In this document: positions 54,114-64,000 of the stretch, piece by piece | Numbering within the stretch: the stretch's first letter is position 1 | Layout of the letters: the number at the start of each line of letters is the position of its first letter | Assembly (NCBI GenBank): GCA_020536535.1 | Contig: JAHLWZ010000373.1 | Location: forward strand, 24,093-88,092 | From: Pelomyxa schiedti | Taxonomy: Eukaryota > Protista > Evosea | Direction of reading: 5' to 3' | Length of the DNA stretch: 64,000 nucleotides | Translations under genes and position numbers: made by a program | Notes under the pieces: generated by a model | What the model was told of the DNA's origin: nothing | Databases searched by the model: none | Seen by the model: the letters and a program-made list of their open reading frames with translations, nothing else

Positions 54114-57035
54114 TTAGTGCTTGAGGGTCCTTTCTTGTTGGTAAAGCTGCATGACGTCGTCAGGGCTTAGTCCAGTCTGGTACACTTTCACCAGGTCAAT
54201 GATCCCACAAAAGCCCGTTGGGCTGTCCGATGATCGTCCTATGCGGAACACCTTCTGCCAGTTAAAGTCAGACTGGCACCTCTCCCCTTCAGCCACTTGC
54301 ACTCCATCCACATAGAGCTTCTGGCCGCCTGCCCGGCCTCCGTAGGTGTGCACAATGTGGTGCCAGTGTCCGTCGCAAACGAAGCGGGTTGACCTTATAG
54401 TCTCGTCGTTCCACACACGGGCGCATACACAGCCGTTGTTCAGGTAGACATGTCGGTCGTGCCCGCGCTCATAAGCCTCGCATATCCCACCATTCTTGTT
54501 GGCTGTCTTGATCCAGCAAGAAAAAGCATAGGAGACAAGTGATACAACCATAGGAGCCTCTAGAAAGCCGTCTGCTGTGCTGACCATGCCATCTAAAGAG
54601 TTCTCGGGAAGTATGACAGTACAAGAGATTAAGAAAACCTGTAGTGAAACTGACAACCCCATGTCTTGTTGCTGGAACGTCGCCAATTTGGGACAGTACT
54701 GTGACAGATCTTGTTCCACAATACTGACTTAAGTTCCAAGATGCTTGAATGACCGTACTTGAATCCACAGGTTCTTCAGGAAATTCCTATTTATATTGAC
54801 AATAAGCCCAAGATACACTCTTGAAGTTACCATTTTAATCCTCGATCTTTCGTCGTGAAATATTCTCTGAATCTCAGCCTGCGCAAGAGCCTTGCGGAAT
54901 ATAGTTGGAAACTCGATCACTCCATGGAATTTTGCCTGACAATCAGACGAGGTGCCTATCCTGAACGATTTCTGCCAATTAAAGTCAGAAGCACTCTTGG
55001 AACCTTGGGCAACAAGCTCTCCATCTACGTAAAGTCGCTGGCCACCAACACAGCCACCAAAGGTATGCACAATGTGATGCCAATTTCCATCAGAAAAAGA
55101 TCCAGCGGCCGTTCTTATGGTTTCATTGTTCCAAACCCGAGAGCAGAGCTTTCCATTGGAAAGGAAAATGTGCCTATCATGCCCTTCGTGGAAAGCCTCA
55201 CAAATTCCCCCACTTTGGGCTCTAGTGCGAATCCAGCATGAAAATGCGTAGGATGTTGTGGAGACAATAGCAGGTGCTTCCATGTAAGCAGTCCCATCTA
55301 AAACTAATCCCCCTGTACAAGATGATTAGTTGGAGAAACGAAGTCAAGCAGAAGATAACGCACATGGTCTAAATTCAACATGGCCAACTGCTGTTGCGGT
55401 GATAGTTCCGTATTTCGCCGTCACTGTGGTCTGTTGCATTGCACAATTACCAAATTCCCACGCTGCCTGAATATCAGGGAAACTTATATCAGTTTCCTTC
55501 AGTGTGTTCTTTTGATTTTTTTGTCACTTAATGAAAGAAATAAAAAGTGGGTTACACACACGCAAGTCATATTTTTGGTCACAAAACTCTCTCATGATTT
55601 CCTGCTCAGAAAATGTTTTCCGGTAGACACAAACCTGATCAATAAATCCAGAAAAGTAGTTAGGCGTTGCATCACTGCTGAAGCCGATGTGAAAGACCGA
55701 CTGCCAGTTGAAATCTGATGAAGTTTTGGTACCTGCAACAATTTCCATTCCATCGACGTATATCCTTTGACCTCCAATTTGGCCACCAAACATGTATAAA
55801 ATCTGGTGCCACTTGCCATCACATACATTCTTAGTATAAGTGGTTTTAGATTCTGTAGATATTGATTCATTGTCCCATAAGCGTGCAGAGACATGACCAT
55901 TGTGCAAGAATACATGCCTGTCATGTCCGTCTTTTGCTGCCTCACAAATTCCACCATTGTTGGAAGTTGTCTTTATCCAGCAGGAAAAGGTGTAGGCTGT
56001 GAGAGAAATTATCATTGGGATCTCCAAAAAGCCTCCTCCTTGAAGAAACAGACCGTCTAGATTGTTTTCAGGATCACTTAAATAAAGGGAAAAGCTCTCA
56101 CCAGCAGAGAATATAACATCACCAACAACGTTTGTTCTGACATTTCCGTAATCAGAAACTGTCATAACCTCCCCACAGTGCCTCGAAAAGTCCCAACGAG
56201 CTTGTAGTGCTGGTAACTCGGGTCTCACGTACACAGGTATATTGGAAACTACCTAGACAATTCCTGATCAGAAGAGATCGTGGGAGTAAGAGGACCCACT
56301 GGCATCTGGTATCGCTCAGTTTCATATAGAGCCGATACATCACTGTCGTTCAAAGCTGTACTATATAGAGTAGCAGTGGCAATGACCCCAACGAATTTTG
56401 GTTTGCAGTCTGAAGAAAAGCCAATGTGGAAGACTTTTTGCCAATTGAAATCAGATTTACTCTTAGAGCCACATACAGACAGTGCGCCATCAATGTATAT
56501 CCTCTGGCCACCAACATCACCACCAAAAGTGTGCACAACATTATGCCACTCCCCGTTGCACACATTAACTGCGCCAGAAGGCGTTGTAATAGTCTCGTCA
56601 TTCCATACACGTGCACCAAGACGCCCATTGCGAATGTATAAGTGCCTGTCATGGCCAGCCTCAAAGGCCTCACACAGTCCACATGTGGTGGTGGTAGTTT
56701 TAAACCATATTGAGAAAGCGTAATTATCCAAGCTGACCACCAATGGGACCTCCAACTGGCCCTGTCCATCAAGCATCAGCCCCTCTATCCCATGTAAGCA
56801 CGAGGCTATTTTAACAGAGTAAGAGAAACAAACCCGGGGTGAAGAAACCATCACCCAGCATCTTCGCTTCATTTTGGCCACCGTTGTCCCTGACAGATTC
56901 ATCGTTTTGGACGTATCCCCACGCCCTGTCGAAAAAACACCACTTGGCCTGCACCACCCTCCGTGTTCCTGTTGTCGCAGATCCGGTACCGCTCACGTAT
57001 CCCTCCAGACCACCCGCAAACCCAACCGCGCTCAT
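54114..57035 (-). CDS. Protein of four tandem LamG/concanavalin A-like domains
   Basis: Four repeats of YAFS.WIKT..GGICEA..GHDRH..NG..RVWN.ETI..DG.WHHIVHT.GG..GGQR.YVDG..SDFNWQ..F.IG.SSD, separated by introns. Confidence 0.85.
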
Positions 57036-57099
57036 TCGGTTATTTTGTTTTTGATTTCCTCGTTGCTGTTCGCAAAAAAAAAAACGCAGACATTCGCTT

Positions 57100-58960
57100 T
57101 CGTGAGAGCCAACTTTTCCGGGGTTTTATTTGACACCTCAAACAGAGGTGGCTGTAACAGACCCATGGAATTCTTCTCAATCCGTACTGTGAGTCTCAGG
57201 ATAGGAATAGCTTGTATAGCACGAACGAGAGCAGTAATACCAGAAGAACAAGTTCCACCTTGAAAGCATAAATGTACATAGTCATAGAGCGCGGAGTAAG
57301 TGAAGGCGGAGGCTTGCCGGCCGAGGTTCTAGCATACGGCTGGGGATTCCGCATGAGGTGCAACACACCGTACTCGGCGGCGATTGTCCAGTTGACAATG
57401 TGGCACCACAGGCTCTTGGCCACCGGATATGTCCAATAGCTGGCCGGCATTGGTTTCCCGGCTGGTAAATGGATGTTAATGTTTACACACTTCTGTGGTG
57501 TAAGAAAAGAGTCACTTACTTATGACTTGTGTGATGGCTTCATCGAATTTCTCTGTTGTTTGTGGTTTCAAGGCGCCAGGAGGAATAGCACCAGTGATAT
57601 ACCCTATGTGCATTAGTTGTAGTGGTCAGGAGCTGTTCAATTTTGTACAGGGTTATTCACCTGCCCATGTGGCCTTCAAGTACAAAGTCCACAGGTGTAA
57701 CGAACATAATGCAGGGAACGTAAGCTCTGTTTCGTATAATGCTAAATGGCCAATCGCTACCACTGTTAAATCTGGCCTTGGCCCGTCTGCTGCAATTTTC
57801 TCCATGATATCAATGTCATACCTGTGGAGAATTAATGATGATGTCATTACATTGACTTGCTCACGCAGGGCAGGCGTAGATATAAAGGGGGAAACAAAAC
57901 AATATCGTGTCCGCATCCTTGGCCGCCAATGCCACTTTCGCAGGATCTTCACGTGCTTGGGCTATCTCAACTTGAATTTGAGGAAATTTTTGGCAGATGA
58001 ACTGCTTGGCATACTGTGACAGAAACACAGTAGTACCTCTGGGGTTCTTGCTTCCACAAATAACAAGGACCCTGGAGCAATGGTGTCAGTGATACATAGT
58101 AAGGGAAGAAAATGAGAACTTCTTCGAAGGCTTTCCAGTGGTTGCCCCTAAAAATGGCGAGAGCTCTTTCAATAGAGGTAGGATAGACACAATGGACCCT
58201 CTCTTAAGTTTGTTGCATGCTTGAGAAATAGAATTTGCAATGTGAATAGAATCCATATTTGGCATGATCACAATGGGGACAGAGCCTAGTGCAAAGTTGT
58301 TACTCCCAAATACGTATGTCCAAGCTTCGAATGCTTTATTCTCTTCTTCACTGATAGATATTTTGGTTCACAGTGTAAATTTGAGAGAAGTGAAGATAGG
58401 CGTTTTCATGCCTTAGACCAGGAGGTGCAATGCCAATTGCAAGAAAGCCTTTTTTCCGATCAGTACGCATGGGATGAGTACTGATCCCATTGATTAAAGT
58501 AATAAGAGGAAAAGCCGCAGGAAGATATCTATCCAGAAACTATTTGATTCAAAGTTAGTACTCAATTGGAAAATCAAACAATGCCTTTTTGGTGTGGTGG
58601 TTAACGCAACCCCATGTAAGTGGTGATAACACAACAAGGACATCTGACTGTGCCTCTTTCACCTATAAGTCTTGCATACAATCCCTGTAGAAAGTGAAAA
58701 AGAAAACTTGAAATTAGTACAATCTACCTTTGAATGCATCTTCCTGTGGACAAACACATCTTACAGCCAGTACAAGATAAAATCTTCCCATAATCAGGGC
58801 GCAATGAACAACATTCCAACAAAAAATGCAACTAACCAGGGACTGGGAGCAACGAGCACGTTCCACCACATCAAAGCACCCCATCAACGCCCCCACCACC
58901 TCGTCACCAACACCTGACTCGCTCGTGCCGTCAACGACAAGCGCCGATCTGATCATTCCC
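57100..58960 (-). CDS. Multi-exon hypothetical protein (possibly membrane-anchored glycosyltransferase-like); boundaries uncertain
   Basis: Protein-like minus-strand exons (WLVAFFVGMLFIAP; VLVICGSKNPRGTT..AKVALAAKDADTIL; AYVPCIMFVTPVDFVLE) separated by GT-AG-like spacers. Confidence 0.35.
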
Positions 58961-59173
58961 TTAATCACTTCTGAGGCGGCTTGGTTCGCTTGACTCCTGC
59001 TGCACCACTAATCCTCGGAAAACTGGTGGGTTGGAGGGGAGTGGAGAGACGGAGAGAATAGCTTGTTCTTCTGCCCCTGGTGTTCCACAGGGGCCAATAG
59101 ATCGCAAATTGTTGGAGCAACTGCAGGATTTTGTTTCGTTTTCGTTTATTTTGCCAATAAAACAGTCCCCGAC

Positions 59174-62100
59174 ATGGCCGACACGGACGCAGCGTATCGC
59201 GACGAGAGCGAGGAGAACGAGGAGGCAACAGGCGCAGCCGCCGCCGAAGAAGGAGCGCCCGAGAGCGACGAGGAGGCCGAGCGCGCCCAGTGGAGCGGCG
59301 GAGAGGCCGACACCGACGAGGAAGATGAGGACGATCAGTACGGCGACGAAGTGCCCACAGATGACGACGACGAAATCGGCGAAGACGGCGAAGACGTCGA
59401 GGAAGAGGCCCAAGACGATGACGCCTCCGAAGATTGCTACGAGGCGGGAAGCGAAAAGGGTGAGGAGGAGGAGGAGGAGCCCGACGACGACGACGAAGAA
59501 GAAGAAGAAGAAGTGACCAAAATAAAGAAGGAAGAGGAAGAGGAAGAGGAGGAAAAGGGCGAGGGGGAAAGCGACGCGGACCTGGATTCTGTGGGGCTGT
59601 ACGACGACCTGCTGGGCTTTGACGAGGATGGCGTTGGGTCGTCAAAGCCCTCCGCTGCTCGCGGCGACGGAGTCACAGAGACTAAGAAAAAGCCGTTTTT
59701 TGAAACCTTAGGTGTGGGTGGATTTTCCCCTCTCTAAAAGGGGGAGCTTCATTTTCTTTTGATCTTTTTTCCTCCTTCAGTTGTGTGACTTTTTTTGCGT
59801 AGGACTGCTGCCTCGTGTACTTAAAGGAATGAAAGTAATGAAAATGGAAAAGCCCACACTTATTCAGCAGAAAGCACTACCCCTTATGCTACAGGTCAGT
59901 CCTGCTTTTCTTCTCCTTTTTTTTTTTTTTTTTTGGCTGTGCTCACTGCGGTGCCAGAAAAAGAATGTTATTATGCTTGGCAAGCCTGGAGCTGGAAAAA
60001 CTATGTCCTATGTTGTTTACATTGCACACACTGTGCTGAGGAAGAAGCAAGTAAGATAGCTAACTCTTATACAAGAAAAGCCACAGCTAACATTCAACAT
60101 AAGATAGATGAGACACCACGTATCCGTGCTGTTGTAGTTGTTCCGTCTGATGCTGTGGCTCATGCCGTACACAAATCCTTTTCCCTCATTCTGAAGGCTT
60201 GCAATTCTATTCTTGCTTGTACCATGACTAATTCGCTTGACCAAGAAAGTGTAGAGTATGCTTAGACCCAAATCTGGGCCATTCTAATGAACATGAAGGA
60301 AGGCTTTATCGAAAAAACCTGATATCCTGATTGGAACTCCAACCTTTTTCCTGAAGTTTCGCAATGTATAGCAACACTGAATTCTCATTAAATTCAAAAC
60401 TCACTCTTCTGTAGTCCTTCAATCTTAGTGGTGTTGACTTTCTTGTTCTCGAAGACTTCGACCAAACTGTGGGGGCAGGGTTAGGTGCTGCTACTGCAAG
60501 GTTTGCTGAATCCTTGCCTCCAACGTGCCAGGGCTTTCTTGCTACATCCTCGACCAATACAGTATGTTACGTGGTGTTTGTTCTCCTTGGTAACATGGCT
60601 ACAACTAGGAACTGGCGCACTTTCGAGTTGATATTCTGCGTGCAGCGGTTGTCTTTCTATGAAGTTTTTTTCCCTTTATTTCTTACATCCTTAATGCAGG
60701 CTATAGTACACCTTAGAGCACCTCCAACTCTCCCTAATAATGTTACTGAGCATAACATCACGTAATATGCTGACTGTTGTTTCATACATTTAACCGTTGT
60801 TGTGCAGACTACATGCATATAACGATAAATTCCTTGTAATCTACGCAATGCTTCGCTTGCGAATGGTCCATGGAAAATTACTTGTATAATCCCCCCGTTT
60901 TGTAACATTTGTTCACTTTCACACTAGATCTTTGCTGCCACTGTGGACAGGTGCATCCGACTCAAACTACTTCTCAAGAGATTTGAAATTCCTTGTGAAG
61001 TGTTGAACTGTGACTTGCCTCTAAATGCAAGGTAAGTGAATTGCCATTCTTATGTACTTTTCCAACCCCTTCCCCCAGACAACGCACAGTAGAGATGTTC
61101 AATAAAAACGCCTTTCCCATCCTAATAACCAATTTTCGAGGTTTGTAACGTTCCATTCTTACATTACTGATTCATCCTCAAAAAGCCCTGAGGAGTGAGC
61201 CAATGCAACCTGCCGCAAAGAAGCCAAGGCAGATAGGCCCGCCAGGTAACAAAAACGGCATGGGCCTCTTCCACTTCCGCAATGTAGATGCAGGTTCCAA
61301 TTTCCAACTCTAACCTTCTGGTTCTTTTTAATGGCATCTAGTCCTCAATTTTGATTGTCCACTGCATGTAGCCGGTAATTGAGGAAGCCTCACAAAACAA
61401 AGCAAAAGAGGGATGGGAGTCTTTTCCTTATTTTTAATGTAGGTTATCTTTCGATTGCCCGAACCTGTGTGAATGAAGGCAAGAAACTTACTGTTATCAC
61501 ATTACACGTGCCCAAATATGATCCCCAGTGGACTGAGATAGCAGCACGCAGAAAAGGTGTAAAAATAAGAAAATAAACATTAATGCACTTCACCCACATA
61601 ACACTAACTAACCCCTTTACAGCTGCTGGCACCCCAATCCCTTTTTTCCACCTCAACACTGAAGCAGTTGAAGGTTTCCGCTACAGGTATCGTCACGTCT
61701 GTTCTAATGTAATCAAACCATTGACCGGTCCTCAGAGTGGAAGACGTAAAGAGAAGTATCAGATTTGCTAATATAAGGGATGAAAGGGTTGCAGCCATCC
61801 GCGGTGTTGTGAATTCTTCCGCAGAAGTATCAGTAAGTGCCAAACAACCAACTGATTCCGCGTACTCACCAAAATGAAACAACCCCCCAGTCGTTCCTGT
61901 CCAAGCACAAGCACACGCTGCCTAGATTCTTGAAGAGCAAGTCCAAAGCCAAGCCACGCAGGATTAGCCCCATCAGCGCCGTGCCGTCCTACTTGTTCAA
62001 TCCTCTCACGGCCGACTTGCCTGACTTTATGCCCGACGAAGAGGTGGAAGCCGCGCAAAAAGCCGCGGAAGAAGCTGCCAAAGCCAAAAAGCACGGAAAG

Positions 62101-62310
62101 AGAGGAGGAAGAGGTGCATCGCGTGTCAGAGGAACACGGGTGCCAGCAGTAAGAGATGGGAAGGGAGGGGCACTGTGGGTGTGGACTAAAAGCACTGAGG
62201 GAGGAGCCAGTGAGAGTGGGACAGCAGCGAGAGGAGGAGCCAGAGGCCGAGGCCGAGGCAGAGGCGGAAGAGGAGGAGCAAGGGGAGGAGGAGGCCGTGG
62301 GGCACTCTAA
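59174..62310 (+). CDS. DDX56/Dbp9-like DEAD-box RNA helicase with degenerate motifs
   Basis: Acidic N-terminus, Q-motif FETLGL..KPTLIQQKALP, GAGKT, RAVVVVPS, PDILIGTP, RCIRLKLLL..FEI, Dbp9-type VEGFRYRVEDV, VPSYL; RGG tail. Confidence 0.8.
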
Positions 62311-62524
62311 GAAGCGAAACGAACCGTAACAAGCAGGCTCTTTTCCACAAGATAACCAGAAAAGGAAAAAAATCCCCAACCATTTTGCTGCTCTAAGCAC
62401 GAGATTTTTTGTTCTTGTCTATTCCCAAAAAAAGGGTATTGACCCCAAGTTGCCTCCCACGAACATTTAACGCTCGATACAATAGAGCAGCAAGAACGGA
62501 TCGTGGCATTGTGACGGCATGTAT

Positions 62525-63900
62525 TTAGGATGTGCTTGACCGGTTCCGGGGAATTGCAGCAATGACGGCATGTTGAGGCAATATGGAGGAGCGATTGTTC
62601 AAGGGGCCTTCATGCCGGATGCAATTTAGAGAACATGGTTTCTGCACCGTTGAAGGGATTCCCTTGGTGTCGAGGTTCTTGACCAAGTACCCCCAGCCAC
62701 CTCCCCTTATCACGGGATCCTCTGCTCCTATTGTGAGCAGCACTCAGCAGAACAGGCAACGTCCTGTGGGCATTCGTTCTGCTCACTCAAGAAGAAACTG
62801 ATGTTGCACCAGGCGGAGTACGCTGGGTGGTGAAGGCTGTTAGCAACGGTGGTGACATAGAGTTCCGCCGGGAGCTGATGGGTGGTGCCGTTTAACGTGG
62901 GGAAACTGTACGAAGTGGTGTTTGACGCGGAGAGGAAGGTTGTGAATTATTCTGAGTCTGCTGTGCGAGTAGGGCTTTGTATTTTTGCATATCACCATCG
63001 GAGATTTCCGACGGAGATTTTGGTTGCAGAGAATCATTTCCTTCGAAAATGCTGATGTTCTCTGAGCTTTCCCATTTAACCTTGTTTAATATCACCACTC
63101 TTTGGAACGGCACATAAGTCAACCGACCCAATTTCATTGGTTACACATGTCTCTTCCTGCGAGGATGGGCTCTCCATGGGTTTGTTTTGCACTTGTACGT
63201 GAGTGTGTGGTAAATCTCCTTCTCCTTCACCTGTAGCAATTTCCATGGAAGTCTGAGGCTGCGATTGAGATTGATGGGAAAGTGTGGACGAACTAGCAGC
63301 AGGTACAGCTTTCTTGGGAAAGCTTATTTATTATTTGTGGATGGGTTTGCCGCAGGTGTGGGATCTGGATAAGATTGTTAAAAACTGATGAAACTGAGTG
63401 TTAATTTGCTACCTGAAGTATGCGAGAACAGTACTGAGTGGCCACTCACGAAGTCTAGGCCTGAATTGCTCCAAAGCCCACAACCAGAAGTTGAACAGTT
63501 TGCCACCAACTCGTTGATGCAAAGCTCCTAGAACATATCCACACAGTGGTATCAATCTGATGTGAGAGGCATCGCACTAGCTGACCTCACAAGGAGGGCA
63601 GTTTCGGTAGAAGTCGCCGGCTTGTCAGCAGAAAGGGCATTATAATAGACATAAAGGACACTCTGACTTGTACGTGGAAAGCGTGTGCACAGTTTTTCTT
63701 TGTCTATTCAGCACTTACGGCGCCGCGAACAACTTCGACTGCGTTTCGTAGATTTTTCGTATTTGGACAGTGGAGAGTCTTAGAGCATGTTCCGCTTCAG
63801 CAAAGCCTGGTACGCACCATCCCACTCACCCCACGGTCTTCTATGTCCTCTTCAATAAGGATGGCCCTCAATGAAGAATGAAACACAAAATTGATTGAAA
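62525..63900 (-). CDS. Probable multi-exon hypothetical gene (source of the 11070-11300 duplicate)
   Basis: Minus-strand exon-like pieces AEAEHALRLSTVQIRKIYETQSKLFAA|gtaagt, VLYVYYNALSADK and VKWESSENISIFEGNDSLQPKSP. Confidence 0.35.
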
Positions 63901-64000
63901 AACAATTTCGCTTGATGCCTGTGCGTTGGTACCAAGCGCTCCCGATTGTTTGTTTGTTTCTTTTTTTTTCCCTTTCGTTGTTGTTGGAAGTTTTAAGTTC

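Noticed and set aside
54114-56800. Regularly spaced repeats as a possible CRISPR-like array
   Set aside because: The repeats are diverged protein domains several hundred bp long. No CRISPR array or cas gene was seen in the window.

Overview
Gene-dense, intron-rich eukaryotic DNA with short (about 40-120 nt) introns and one 100-N scaffold gap. The gene set (BBS4, cAMP-receptor-like GPCR, CH-IQ-DH-PH RhoGEF, class I PI3K) points to a flagellated amoeboid protist; Archamoebae/Pelomyxa-like is my inference from gene content and style, not proven. About 22 protein genes, one tRNA-Gln(TTG), several pseudogene or transposon remnants, a 158-bp MITE and a 254-bp fold-back element can be read. The main finding is one ~1,800-aa gene (1657-7965) that joins a GH31 alpha-1,4-glucan lyase-type domain in frame, inside a single exon, to an aldos-2-ulose dehydratase/isomerase (beta-propeller plus cupin). 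This would place the anhydrofructose pathway (glycogen -> 1,5-anhydro-D-fructose -> ascopyrone M -> microthecin) in one polypeptide. Other points of interest are a perfect 78-bp inverted copy of that gene next to the tRNA, a UBZ/UBA-ART-PBZ PARP-like protein, a Hint/Vint protein with no recognisable vWA, an intronless membrane-anchored DUF885 gene, an F-box/TMEM185 fusion and a DDX56/Dbp9 with degenerate helicase motifs. Exon boundaries were traced by eye and are approximate, and no searches were run.
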